A stretch of 54,517 nt of DNA, filler included, from Sphacelaria rigidula (lineage: Eukaryota), in the NCBI GenBank assembly GCA_964200075.2. It is 4 parts of 4 records of this genome, joined end to end, with 100 filler letters (N's around TTAATTAATTAA, not from the genome) between each part and the next. Parts side by side here need not be neighbours in the genome. Positions count along the whole stretch, not along the records: positions 40,965 to 54,517 come from CAXNAA020002807.1; 3 more parts are not named here. One strand, written 5' to 3'. Of this stretch, positions 40,965 to 53,426 are shown in pieces. Position numbers and translations under genes: made by a program. Numbering within the stretch: the first letter of the stretch is position 1; each line of letters begins with the position of its first letter. The notes beneath the pieces were generated by a model. It searched no databases and was not told the origin of the DNA. It saw nothing but the letters and a program-made list of their open reading frames with translations.

Positions 40965-42362
40965 GGGAAAGCAGTGTTTTAGGCTTGAGCCTCATCTCGA
41001 AGTTAAACCTCAATTCTCACAATTTGTTGTTAAAGGTAGAAAACATATATAATCCTACGCTGTCTGTACTGCCCTTTTCCCGCTTCTCTTTCACGCCCTA
41101 CTCACTGTGCTGCAGTTGAGCGCATGTTGTAACGGAGTTGGCTAGGCTAACGCCTCGTGTATCAGCCAATCCTACTCTGTGCAGCAATAATAGCACAATA
41201 GATTTGCAGTGTCTTGTACTCCAAAGGTTCACGCGCAAGGGGTTCTCGCACCTATTGGATCGAATAGGTAGCTCAAAAAGGAAGATGGTTCTCGTCTTTA
41301 TTAATCCTAGCTTTCACCAATACTCACCTGAGGCAATGTGGTGGCTGTGGCTGAATGTTCAAGCTGAGAGAGTTAGAGACGGGGGGGAGGGGAGGTCCAA
41401 AATTTCCCCTCAACCGACCGTCTACATTCGGAGGCGTGTAGCACCTCGGGATTGGGGAACAACAATGTGGTCTACACCCACCCCAAGGCGTATCTGCCCA
41501 ACGAAATCTCTCCAAAATTCCGTGTATCTACCCATAAAGATCCTATATCTGCACAATGCTCGTTGCTTGCGAGTCTAAGGGAGGAAGTACTGCAAACGCC
41601 TCATCACCTCATGACACTAGCCCATCCAGACAAGCCTCCATCACAGTTGCGATGAAAAAGAAAATATTAAGGCAACAAAAATTTAGGCTTTTCTTCACTC
41701 GTGGAGTCATAAGTGGAAGAAAGACGACCCAAAAACAGAGACAACAGAGACACAGCCCTCAATACGGCGATGGCCAGCCCTATGCCCGATCCTCCCACAC
41801 CTCCAACAAGAAGAGCAAAAACTGCTACCAAGAGGCGCAATTGCGCAATTGCGCTGAAAAGCGCAGGAGCACGCAATGCTGCTGCGCCTAGCGATGAAAC
41901 GGAAGAGCACAGCATGCTATGAAGCGCTAGCTAGAAAGAAAAACGAGGCAAGTCGGGAGGAAAACAGGGAATACGGGCTACCCAGTGCTACGCAGGGAAC
42001 AACAGACTCAACGCCAGAGGGCGAACCAATGCAACTATTGCATGGGGGATACTGCCCAAAGGGAAACAGAAAACAGGAAATTACCAGACCAAAGGCCTGA
42101 GACGGTCTGCCGCCAGGCATGCAGGTGCAAGAAATAAAAGCGGTGGCTCCGGGAGTGATGGATGAAGGTGCCCCAGGCAGGCTGCGGTCGTGGTCTGGTG
42201 GTGGTGCTCGAAGGTAGCTCCGTTGGTAAGGTGTTGAAGGAAGTGGTAGTGTGATTGCGTCGTACCTGAGCAAATGAAGGATAGGAATGTTCCAAAAACG
42301 AAACTTGGAGGGAGAGGAAACATCACGTTGGAAGCAGGGGTTGGAGTGGGAGCGTGTAACGC

Positions 42363-42960
42363 TTAACGCGGTGCGTGAACGTCGTGAGTGCGGTCGACAT
42401 TGCGCTGGATTCCGTGACGGAGGCCCTTGGATTTGAGCCGTTGTAGGCACCAAGAACTATGTGGTGCTGATGGGCTGATGGTGTAGAACTCTGGGCGGAG
42501 CTTGAGCTGTACGGGCCTCGGGTCGTCGATGAAGCGAACGACGTAGGTATTTGGGGCGTGAGGGTCGACAGAGTGGATTTGACCCAACCACCAGAAGTTG
42601 TCGTTGCCCTTGTGCCACAAATAGACACCTGTAAGCAGCACGCCCTGTTTTGCGTGGATCTTGTCATCCCATTATTTCGTGGGTACTAATTCGTAACCAT
42701 CAGCAACAAAGCATAGTCCTTTGTTGCCGTGAAGTTCGCGTGCCGCCGCGTCGCGGCTCATATTGCGATATTTCTCCTTGTCAGCGAGATGTTGCTGAAC
42801 GGGTTGCGTCCAGCAGAGGAGAATTGCACGGCGGTGCAACTGAAGATCGGGTTCGCGTTCCCAAAACGCTCGCCGAAGGCCGTGCCAGTCTTGTACATAA
42901 CGGCGATTTCACCTCCTCGTCCGCGAGTGATCTGGAGATATGTTACACAGCTAGGCGGAG
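42363..42960 (-). pseudogene. Integrase C-terminal tail: chromo-like domain followed by a Tudor/PWWP-like domain
   Basis: With frameshift correction: QITRGRGGEIAVMYKT-WHGLRRAFWEREPDL, then LLTGVYLWHKGNDNFWWLGQIHSVDPHAPNTYVVRFIDD. Confidence 0.6.
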
Positions 42961-43074
42961 AGATTATGCGGTCAAGTCGTCGGCAGTAACGTGATGAGGT
43001 GGTGACTTGGTCAAGTAGCTGTTTAGCACATATTGGGTTAAGCCGGCAGGCAAATATATCGGCATGTCGCCAGT

Positions 43075-43375
43075 TTCAATGTTTTTTGTGACATTGAGAG
43101 TAGATGATACGATTAAGAGTGAAAAGCGGTCAATTAGTGAATGAATCGTTTCAGTGCCGAAATGCTCCCGAACGATGCCCGGCATGCTTTCTGTAGTAGT
43201 TTGCCACTGAGGCCATCGATATCCCTGAATAGGATATCGATGTGTAGCTGTAAGCACACGCTAGTGATGGAGGCAAAGAGAACCATACACGGTATACAAA
43301 ATTGGCTAAGTTGTAGAGAATGATCAAAGACACTTTCAATCAACGCTCTACTCTCAATCTCACGGATACGTTTTT
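43075..43375. mobile_element. Family-B MITE (301 bp) inside the integrase
   Basis: Subterminal TIR GTGACATTGAGAGTAGATGATACGATTAAGAGTG / CACTTTCAATCAACGCTCTACTCTCAATCTCAC; CAGT TSD; removal restores NPHD-TG-DMP in frame. Confidence 0.8.
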
Positions 43376-43390
43376 CAGTGTCATGCGGGT

Positions 43391-44600
43391 TTATGCAAGG
43401 TTTGCATCGGTGCTCGGAGACGCAAGATTTAGCGTGATGTCCCCCAAAGTCGCGGGGAGGTCAAGGTAGACAAGTTTGTCGCCAACGGGTTTTCCATCAG
43501 GGGATGACGGCGATGGGCCAACAGAGAAGATCTTGATCGGTCCTGTCCACTTGAGCGATAATTTGGTCTTCAAGACTGTCTCGTTGGTGGCCTTGTCAGC
43601 GCCCTGTCGAATGGTCGACAAACTGTTGTAAACCCACGCCCAATCGCCAACCTTCCAGGTGGGACGTTTGTGCATCAAGTTGTAGAGAGCAGTGTTGGAT
43701 CTCTCAAGGCGCGAGGCGTTAATGGCGTGTTGTTCCCGTACGAGGGTGAAGGCTTTGCGCTGTCGCGCGCGCGCGCGAGATCGTGGTAGGACAAATGATT
43801 CTGATGCAGGCCTTGGTGGCCATCGAAGGTGTGTCTTTCGAATACGGTGATGGGCAACCAAGGGTAGCGCCCAAGGTGCAGTTCATTCGGAGAAAGGCTA
43901 GTAGCGGCGTTAACCGAGTTGTTTCAGGACAGCATAACATGCGAACGATGGAGGTCCCAATCGTTTTGACGGTCGTTGACGACCATAGAGAGCATCTGTG
44001 CCATAGTGTGGTTGACACGTTCGGTACCAAGGTTTCCATTGGGGTAGTAAGCGCTTGTGGCAATTATGCGAATGCCGAGGAGCTTGCAGAGTGCATCGGA
44101 GACGTCGGAATAAAACTGCGGGCCATTGTCGGAGAGTAGCCGTTTCGGGCAGCCATAGTGCTTGATATAGTCGTGGACCAAAATGTCAGCTGTGCCTGCG
44201 GTTGTGAAGCCTCCACCGGTGGCAGCGTACATGGATGTATTGCGGCTGAAACGGTCAGTGAAGAGTAGAATGTAGGTGTTGCCGCGATCCGTACGCGGTA
44301 AGGAACCGAAGTAGTCGAACGATATGACATCGCCAGGGCATTGGGAAGTGCCATGGAATGACTGGCCAACGTATTGTCTGACATGAGGTTTTGCGAGCTT
44401 GGCACTTGAAGCAACGCCAAATCCAAAAACGGACGGGCGCGTCCGTACCGATCCACCAGTAAAAGCGTTCAAGAAGCGTGAGCGTGCGTGTGACTCCCAG
44501 ATGGCAGGAGAAATCAGAGTGGCAGCCTTTCATCACCCAGGGGTGCATCAGAAATGGAACGTAGATGCGGGTGGCTTCGTCATTGAGTAGGCCCGCGTGG
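43391..44600 (-). pseudogene. Integrase: HHCC zinc-binding domain and DDE core
   Basis: CH..SCHLG..RT...RFYW...CFKCQ; SFDYFG, FTDRFSR, LSDNGPQF, TERVNHT; LKWTGP (GPY/F-type module). Confidence 0.92.
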
Positions 44601-45519
44601 CGTCCAGCGATCGCAGCCGAATGGGCATCCGACGCGGGTGTAGGGCGACAGACAAGCCGTGGGATCACGTCATCTGTGGTGAAAATGGTGCTCTTTCGGG
44701 CTAGTTCATACACCTCCGAGGCGTTGGGTGGTAGCAGGGTGCCGCCCGGCGCACAAGTATTGCCCGGGATAGGGACAGAGGAGCCAAGCTGTAAGTATCG
44801 CATGGTCGCGCGGCATAAGGGTTCTGCTTGTTGTTCACGAGCCTAATCACGATGAGAGTAGCTGGCGCGTAATTCTCGCAATTGGCCCTCTGCCGGAGAG
44901 CCAATCAAGCATGGGGGCTCAGGCAGGGGTGGAATTGGCGATGGGGCGGTTGTGCCAGCATCCAGGTCCGCATCAGGGGCAAGTATCAAGAGGCGCAGAC
45001 ATGGCTGATGTCGCGGAAATGGCCGTCGAAGGAGGGCGCGAGGGCGAGCGTGATCGACGTTTGCGGCGCGTAATTCGCGTGTCGGATGTTGATGACAACG
45101 CTCGGGGGGCGCGAGCGCTGGGAGTTGGCGTGGGGTGCCTCGGGGAAACAGTAGGCGTGTCTGGTGCGGCCGGGGCACGTGAAGGAGTGGCGCGGGCGGC
45201 GGACCGAGAGCGGGTATTATCAGAAATGAGATGGACAGCTGGAGACGGCGGCGCCGAAATGATTGCACGAGGGCCCAAAGTACGGAAGTTGGCGACATCA
45301 GTGGCGGTGGGCTTTAGCCCCTCCAAAACTGCGTCATATCGCTGGGAGCGAGGGTTTCCGATGTGCGCATCCGCATCGGGGCAGTGCAGGTCAAGGGCGT
45401 ATATGTGCGTGGAAAAGCGCCAGATGGTGTAAATGCCGGGTTCATCAGGTTCCGTTAGTCGGCATGCAGGACTGAGGTCGATTGCCGTGGGAGACAGGGG
45501 CAAGCGGAAGAAGAGACCA

Positions 45520-45928
45520 ACGTTTTCGTTGGTTTTGCCGGGGCGATGCTTGAAAGTATACTGATAAGCACTTAAAAACTTCAACCAACGCTGTACACGT
45601 GGATTATGTTCGCCAACCTCAGCGAGTTGTTCCAGAGCGCCGTGATGCGCATGATGGTGAAAATGAACGTGAAATAGATATCGGCGAAGGTGCTTGAGCC
45701 GAAGTAATGACTCCGCCTTCCAACTCGAGTGGGCTCCAATTCGCCTCATTAGGTAGGGTGGCACGGCTGATATACAGGATGGGTCGGACAGAGTCATCCA
45801 GTTGCGGCTGATTCAGAACCGCGCCGAATCCGTCGGTGCTAGCGTCGGTGCGCAGTTGGAAGAGGCGAGAACCATCTTGCATGGCCTTCCAATTTTGAAA
45901 GCAAAGAACCAGTTTTTCGGTGAGTATC
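45520..45928 (-). pseudogene. RNase H (Ty3/gypsy)
   Basis: LRTDASTDGFGAVL, PILYISR, ELEGG, RVQRWLKFLSAYQYTFKHRPGKTN. Confidence 0.9.
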
Positions 45929-46188
45929 CAGTCATCCTACGATAGGGGGGGGGGGGGGGGGGGGGGTTTTTGGGCCTCTTTTTTCCCGAAATTCCAAGTC
46001 GAATCGTTCTTGAAAGGAGCAACGGTTGCTTGAACGAGCTTGTTATAGATATATAACGCTTGTTCATACCGATTGACACCGTTTTGAACCAAATACAAGC
46101 GCACCGCGAGTGTGGCAGCTCGTCTGACACATTTTCGAGCCTCTTGTTTCGTGCAATCAAATACCCCCCCCCTATCGTAGGATGACTA
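45929..46188. mobile_element. Sola2-like MITE, subfamily A3 (260 bp), between RT and RNase H
   Basis: TIR AGTCATCCTACGATAGGGGGG / CCCCCCTATCGTAGGATGACT; TATC TSD; removal restores LQKI-LTEKLVLCF in frame. Confidence 0.85.
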
Positions 46189-46257
46189 TATCTTCTGCAG
46201 ATCACGGACGATAGTTTTTTTTTCGTCTATGAAAACAAACGCGACGCCTTTTTTTAG

Positions 46258-47070
46258 TTAGTCGGTAATTGGACGAATCCGTTTGGGCAGGTTAGGCAGA
46301 AATTTGCGGAAGTAGGATAGTCCACCGAGCAGTGAGCAAAGCTGAGTAATATTGGCGGGCATGAGCAGGTCAGTCATCACCCGGGTTTCACTAGTGTCGG
46401 GGTGAAGGCCAGCCGGGGAAATGGAATGTCCCAGAAAATCCAAATCGGTCGCCCCGAGGCGCGCTTTGGACGGAGGCAACTTCAGATCGTGCGCGCGCAA
46501 GCGATAAAGAAATTCCCGTAGGGTGCGGATATGTGCTTGAGGAGGTGAAGCATCGAAAGCGATAGCGTCGTCTAAGTACATGATGATGAGGTGTTCGAGG
46601 CCGTCGGTGACTCGTTGCATCAGACGTTGGAAACAGCCTGGAGCAGTGGGGGCGCTTTGCGGCATACGGAGCCATTCGTAGAGTCCTGAAGAGGTACAAA
46701 ACGCTGTTAGAGGGGCTGTATCGGGGTGGATGGCGTTCTGGAAAAACCCAGAAGCGAGGTCGAAGCTGCTGACTTGTTTTCCTTCGCCGAGTGAGTCGAA
46801 AGCTTCATCAATGCGGGGAATCGGTAGTTTTCTGACGACAGTGACGCGATTCAGCCGTTTGTGATTCACCGTAATCCGTATGTTTCCATCCTTTTCGGGG
46901 ACAACCACGAGGGGTGAGGCCCATGGGGAGGACGAATGTTGGATCAAACCGGTTCCCAAGTATGCATCTAAAATGGCATCGAACTTTTGAGTCAACAGGG
47001 GGTTTGTCTGATATGGCCCAGAAGAAATTGGCGAAACACCGGGTTGCAGGGTAATCTCGAAGGGCAACAT
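46258..47070 (-). pseudogene. Reverse transcriptase (Ty3/gypsy)
   Basis: SSPWASPLVVV, DLASGFFQ, TAFCT..GLYEWLRMP, YLDD, DFLGH and LGGLSYFRKF motifs; premature stop. Confidence 0.95.
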
Positions 47071-47829
47071 TTTGCGATGCCCTAAATCCGTCTTGGTGCG
47101 GGAAAATCGATCTTAGTATACCAGTAGAACATCGTGCGAGCCCTTGATTACAGCGGGTTCCCAGCCAGGTCTGTGAAGGTCAAAGTTGATGTCCCGTAAA
47201 TGGGGCGGTAGTTGGTGCCACATTTGCAAGAAACTTTTCCGAAACTCTGGTGATGGGCGTTGCAGCACTTCATCAGGAGAGTCGGAGAGTGGGCGGACAG
47301 GACCCACCGTGTGAACCTGTGGCGGAGAGGAGGAGCCAAGATGAAAATAAGGCTCATCAACGCGATTGACAGAACCGACCGTCGGGGACGCGACGTCGGG
47401 CGTCAGGGTGTCAGCGACACAGGTTTCGAGCGGAACAGGCATGAGGGGAGCCGCAGCGATGCCCAAAACATCACAAGGGTCCAAGTTAGCGAGTCCTGTG
47501 AGAGGCAGGAGTTGCGTTACTGCGGAGACAAAATGCCCAGTGCCGGCAGGACGGCCAACCTCAGGGAGCAATTTTGCGAGATAGTGGCCTGTAAGTGCAG
47601 ATATGCCATTGCGGTGGACCTTCTAAGAGCTTGGGGATCGTCGGAGAGGGTAACGCCTACACGACCTGCATAACGCAGGTGGTAAGCAGCTCCGGTGGCT
47701 TGATCATTTTTGCGATAGGCCAAGGCGCCGAGAAGTGTACCAAAATGTTCAAGGTTGAGTTCACCGCGAGGCGCAGATGGTGACGAGAGCGGTGGGAGCG
47801 TGGGGTAGGTACGTTGATCAAACCGCATG

Positions 47830-48115
47830 TAACTGTCTCTGCCAAGTCACAGGGCGTAATTCATGGTGCTGTCGGGGACAATATATGTCCATACTGCGAG
47901 ACTGGCTGAACTTGTGTCGTTGTGGAAAAATTGCGCACTGAGACGTACCGATTTCCGGGTTGTCAAGGGTGTGTTGAAGTCACCAAAACCGCCCCATACA
48001 CGGGGTTGGGTGGTGATTTCACAAATGTCCGAAGCAGCGCCGTGCTGTTTCATGTGATGCCACATTGATTCGCGAATACTTGTGGGCTGCCACTATCCAA
48101 CAAGGATACACATTG
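47830..48115 (-). pseudogene. Retroviral-type aspartic protease
   Basis: VSLLDSGSPQVF at ~48075-48110 and downstream YIVP...L*LGRD. Confidence 0.75.
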
Positions 48116-49073
48116 AGCAGGTGCGGTAGCATAGGGTCCGCAGTGTAGCGCGACACGGGTGGTGAAGGTGGCTGGATCAACAGGCACTCTACCACCGATA
48201 GCGTCGGGACCATGTTCAGGCAAATTGAAAAAGTCTGGTTCAGACGGGTTGGCGGCGGAAACAGACGGCGGGTGATCCGGCGGGGGACCAGATGTGTCCC
48301 CTGGTGATATAGATTGTGGGGATTCCTGTGTGAAGCACGGCCTGTGTCGTCGCTGTGATCAATTTCGTAGATGACAGCCTCCGGAGAGCAAGGGTCAGCA
48401 TTGAAAGGAGGTTCATGCTGTGTGGTGTCATCCATTGAAGAGGCAGTGACGTCAGGAATATCCGATTTGGATTCCCCGGCGATGCCTGGTAATGCCGTCG
48501 ACTTCAAAGTCTTCGCATCGTGGAGAGAATGAGGTCGAGGTTTTCCGCTCGAGGGACGTGGGCGAACTTGTGCACGCTCTTCTTTGGGGGCACATTGACG
48601 GGGCTTCCCCCATCGCCGTGACGAAGGGCGGGAAACTTCCAAGATATCTTGGGAAACCACAACTGCGTCCAGTTGGGTGGATGGGGTCAGCATCGGGGCA
48701 TGCTCTGCCAAAACTTGTGGACTGTCTGCTGGCAAGCTCGGTTGAGAAGTCATAGCCAAAGGTAGATTGGAGCGGTGATCGTGGGAACCATTCAGGGGTA
48801 GGGTCGCGTGGGACGAGCAACGCGAGGAACGAGCTCGATCAGACTGTGTGCGTGTCGGATAATCCGAAGCGGTCAATTTTGGATCAGCAACACGTGAACC
48901 AGTCGAAGGAGGTCTGTTACTGCCTGTGCGTGCGGTCACTGAGGGAAGCCTATGCCTCAGGAATGGGCGGCTGGCGTTCCCACACCTCAGGTTTACGCTC
49001 AGGTCTGGAGGGCCAAGTCTAGATCCGAGCGTAGAGCTGAGTGGGGAGTCAACGCAACTGTTACGCTGTGTGT

Positions 49074-49330
49074 TGTAGACTCCTGTCACTCAAGATCAGA
49101 TCACCATGTGGACTCCTCCCATCATGGTCACATGGACTTCAGCGGCTTTAGTTATTCATATATTAACCCTCAGCATAGTACAGGAGAACAGGACCATAAC
49201 CTCTCTCCACCAGAGTAGCAAAACCGGCTCTACTCGTCATGGAGGTCACCATCACAGAGTCCGGCAATCAGACCCGCAACTCCACCTACAATGTCCCTGA
49301 CCTTAGGTAACAATGGTGGCTAGGTCTAAA
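49074..49330 (-). repeat. 3' LTR of the nested element
   Basis: TGTAGAC...GGTCTAAA; 7 mismatches to 52169-52425 by manual alignment. Confidence 0.92.
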
Positions 49331-50964
49331 GCACCCCCAAAGCTCTCTACTACCAACAAGTAGTTACATCAGAGCTTGACAAACTAAACTGCCCCACCCT
49401 AGGTCGTCACCAGATACCATTTATATCAGTACCATTCGAGCCAAAATTCGCATATACCTGCCAGAATTCCACTCAGCATATGAAAATTGCACATGCATGC
49501 CAATATTTCACTCAGCACATGCAATGTCACCTTCCTCGCAGCAAACACCATGCATCATCCGTGCCAACCAGATCAGTGCAACACACACATGCCAAATACC
49601 CACGTATACGCCAGAGTTTTACCCTGCACACGCGATACGATCATACTCGCTCAACAACCATGTTTCATGCGCAAGCATGACCAAAAACCACACAATAACA
49701 AGCTGAAATCATTATCAAAACAATTCGCGAATACCGGTCATAATGTGTTTCCTCATGCTCAACAAGCAGTCAATCACCACAGCACTTGCTCCTCAACATC
49801 AGTACCCCGCTCGGCGCTCACCACAATAGCAAACACCTCAGGTAATGCCTTCTTTGTAGTCCTCCAGCCCGCTCCTGAGAAACAGCAGCACTCGAACCAC
49901 AACCCAGTGCACAGCGTGGAGCAGCCTTTCTTCTCGGACACTCCCTCCTTGCACCTTCAGTCTAGCTACACTTGGCACCCCCACGGTGTAGCTCGGCACG
50001 CCTCTAAAAGGTATGTTCGCACCGCCAAACCAATGCGACAGATCATCTGCCTCCACCGATACTTGGGCAGTACTGAACACGCCTGCTTCAGTCAGTTCTA
50101 CAGAGGAAACCAGAGGCGAAACGGGAACAGCTACGTAGTCCCGAACAGCAACACCACCTCCTGATGGTACACAATCCTCCTCAAACACCCCTCGGCGAAA
50201 CAGTGGAGACACCTCCACCATCGCCGCCAAATACGCCAAAGCTGTCCATGTAAACAGCAGTGCACACGACCACCCCAACACCACGCGACGCTCGTCGTCG
50301 CCGTCAGAATTGTGATCGCTAACAGCATCACGAGCTTGCAGCTCGCGCTGCGTACCCGCTTTGCGCGGGTCACACACCCCTGTTGTTTCGATCATGCAAG
50401 GCGTGTCCACAGCTTCGCGCTGCTCCGTCGGCAGTTCCGCCAACCCGGCATCCACCTGTCCTTCCAGCAGACATCCCTGCGAATCATCTGAACGATCTCT
50501 CGCCATGTCACTGGCGCAGATAGATTCACCCTGAGCATCGCAAGCCCCAAGCTTGCTCTGCTCACTGTCATCACGAAGATAACACCCCCTTACAGCGGTG
50601 AGCATGCAAGGTGTGTCCCCAATCATGCTCTGGTCCGGCGGCCACAAGCAACCTGGACTTTTGCCGCTCAGCGCTAGCTCATCGGAGCAAATTGGCTTCA
50701 CGCTTCCAACAGCAGCGGCAGCAGCGGCTGAATCAAATATTCCCGCTTCAGCCACCACCTCCTACTCAGCGCACCCCTGAACGGCAACAGCGGCAGCTGA
50801 GCTGCCTGCAGTCTGCTCGAGCTGCGTGGCATGTTCGCCCTCTGCAACAGCAATACCAGCAGCATCCAAACCAATGCTTACCGTGGTACTGTCGGCGGGC
50901 GCGCTCGTATGCCTACCCGTTTTGACATACACGTGCTGTGTCTCCTTCCCGCTCCTCACCATGG

Positions 50965-51268
50965 AAACAGCTGCCCTATATCGTGGTTTAAGACGCGCCC
51001 TACTGACTGCACGTTCAGCGGGTCCACTATCGCGTCTATCCCCTCGGGCAGACACATGCTATTCGGCTTTAACAGTGCAAGCATCTGCCCTGTATCGTGG
51101 TTTCAAGCGCGCAGCACCTACTGCACGTTCGGCGGGTGCACTGTCGTGCCTTTCCCCTCGGGCAGACACATGTTTCTCGGCTGTCACAGGGCAAGCAGCT
51201 GCCCTGTATCGTTGTTTCAAACGCGCACCTACTGCACGTTCGGCGGGTACACTGTCGTGCCTGTCTTC
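50965..51268. repeat. ~102-105 bp tandem repeat, about three copies, inside the nested element
   Basis: GCTGCCCTGTATCGTGGTTTCAAGCGCGCA..CCTACTGCACGTTCGGCGGGT.CACTGTCG repeated. Confidence 0.85.
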
Positions 51269-51724
51269 ACCGCCGCCGACCTTCACACTATCTTGCACCG
51301 CACTCGGCGATGCATAAGATGCATACTTGCGCAGCGCAAAGAGCAATTTCTCTTGCCCAACATCATTCGCACCATCCAAAAACATGTCACATAGACAGTT
51401 GTCGATATGTGCGAGCATGAGGTCAGAGACCACCGGCTCCTCAACAACGTGCCAGCGTGCATGACGCTCGTTCGTTGCGTGCACCTCACGGAGGTAGTCC
51501 TCATACTTCCGTAGAAACTGAGCAGGTTTTTCACTTGAGAACTTGCGACCGTAGTAGGGCATATCCAGAGATCGTACACGGACAGCGCGACCATCGATGA
51601 CAACATATTGTTGCGGCGCACGAACAACATGACCGTCCAACGCGACATAGTCCTGCACCTCGTACATTTCGGTCAGTAGTACAGCACTCCACACGCCTTT
51701 GTGAAAAACGAAGTCGCCTCTCAC
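51059..51724 (-). CDS. Putative gag-like ORF of the nested element (possibly a remnant)
   Basis: First ORF after the 5' LTR; helical segment PAQFLRKYEDYLREV...; runs into ~105-bp repeats. Confidence 0.45.
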   Translation of the reverse strand: MRGDFVFHKGVWSAVLLTEMYEVQDYVALDGHVVRAPQQYVVIDGRAVRVRSLDMPYYGRKFSSEKPAQFLRKYEDYLREVHATNERHARWHVVEEPVVSDLMLAHIDNCLCDMFLDGANDVGQEKLLFALRKYASYASPSAVQDSVKVGGGEDRHDSVPAERAVGARLKQRYRAAACPVTAEKHVSARGERHDSAPAERAVGAARLKPRYRADACTVKAE

Positions 51725-52168
51725 TCACAGGAACAACAACTCTCTCCTTATACCGAGACGCGCTGTACCACCTGACAACAACAATGGCCACAGCGCCTCT
51801 TCCTCACGCAAGTCTCACCACGTGTTTGAAGTCCTCAGACTCCTCTCCCTGACCGTACCTGGCCAAGCGTGGAACAAGCAACTCTCGCTGGCCCCACCAG
51901 GCAGTAATTTCGCCGCTTTTCTAGAACGTGCACGGGCTCGCCAGCTGTCGGTCAACCCCCCGCACCTCTCGCACGAGCGATACCACAGCCCACCCTAGCA
52001 CTGCCTCAGAACCTCCTCGGCTCTACATCTCCAACTCCTCGCGACGTTAACACGCCTTGAGCTGGTCTTGTTTGCTGCAAACTGATCAGGCCTGCAGATT
52101 TCCGTATATTGACGTGTCAGCTACTTTTTAGCGGACCTACCGCCTCAGCGGACTCAATGAACGTTCAT

Positions 52169-52425
52169 TGTAGACTTCTGTCATTCAAGATCAGATCGCC
52201 ATGTGGACTCCTCCCATCACGGGCACATGGACTTCAGCGGCTTTAGTTATTCATATATTAACCCTCAGCATAGTACAGGAGAACAGGACCATAACCTCTC
52301 TCCACCAGAGTAGCAAAACCGGCTCTACTCGTCATGGAGATCACCATCACAGAGTCCGGCAATCAGACCCGCAACTCCACCTACAATGTCCCTGACCTTA
52401 GGTAACAATGGTGGCTAGGTCTACA
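52169..52425 (-). repeat. 5' LTR of the nested element
   Basis: TGTAGAC...GTCTACA with a 7-bp terminal inverted repeat. Confidence 0.92.
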
Positions 52426-53169
52426 GTGTGTAGGGATCAAGACGGGGGTCGAAATGAACGGCCGTCTTTGTAATTACTACAAAACGCCGGGGAGACGGAG
52501 TGAGAAAGTTTTATCACTCCTTCCGCAGAGCGTGTTGTAGCGGTCTTCGTGTGTGCTATCGGTGGCGCCGACGACTCTATAACCCCGGCGTCGGCGCGTC
52601 ATGGATCAGGACGATCTGTCTTGAATGAGCCAGGGTTTTCTGGCGTTGGGGTTCGATTTATCTCGAAGAGTCCCGAGTGCGCTGATGGCGGTCAGTTGAA
52701 TTGTGGTTGTAGCGGGAAGAGCTGCCTTTCCGACGAGAACCAGAACTGTCACGAGAAATTGGGCGGTGGTCGCGATTTGAGCGAATGATGCCGCTTGTGT
52801 TGGAGTATTGTCGAGAAGTGCAAATCGGGGTACGGTAATCGCGCATGCGTGTTTGCCATCGGCGCCACGCCGGCTCATTGTCTTGTAATTCAGGGTTCAT
52901 GAGCTAAAAAGTATTGATACAAACTTCGGCGTAGTCCGGCATTTGTGACCCTGACCATTGCAGTTTTTGAATGTGTTAGCGTGGCGACGGAAAGAGTCTT
53001 TGCGAGCCGAAGGCGAAAGCAAGGGGTCCACAAGTGTGGGTCATCCGTGATAAGGCAGTGGTCGAAACTATGTATACATCATCCCAAGTCTCTGTAGAGT
53101 AAGGCCGAGTATCAAAGTTCGCCTTAAAGGGATCTTTCGGACTCTTGGCTGTCATGACTGATCCTCCAA

Positions 53170-53426
53170 GAGCAATGCTACGGTAAAGGTACACTTTTTT
53201 CGCGAAATATTGTCTGGTTCAGGGGCTCCTAACGATTCTAGATGCACGAGAATATGGGTTAGTGCGTCCCCGTTTGCATATTCATCCCGGATATCCCCAG
53301 CACATTGGAGTAGTAATCCCGGCGTACTTTTACATATTTTCATAAGTGGTGTTCTGCATGAGATCAAGGACTCCTAACAATTCTAACCTCAGAAAATATT
53401 TGTGCACCCCTACCGTAGCATCACTC
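53170..53426. mobile_element. Sola2-like MITE, subfamily A2 (257 bp), in gag
   Basis: GAGCAATGCTACGGTAAAGG ... CCCCTACCGTAGCATCACTC; TSD CCAA/CTAA (one mismatch). Confidence 0.85.

Larger units (their letters stand above)
49074..52425 (-). mobile_element. Nested non-autonomous LTR retroelement (3352 bp)
   Basis: Two 257-bp LTRs; GTGT(GT) TSD; gag-like ORF but no pol motifs; PPT-like GTAGAGAGCTTTGGGGGTGC before the 3' LTR. Confidence 0.9.

Noticed and set aside
41128-41600. Candidate LTR of the host gypsy (TGTAAC start, purine tract near 41577)
   Set aside because: There is no second copy in the window and the purine tract is on the wrong strand for the host.
49074-49330. LTR length (257 bp) equals the MITE length
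   Set aside because: The sequences and termini are unrelated; treated as coincidence.
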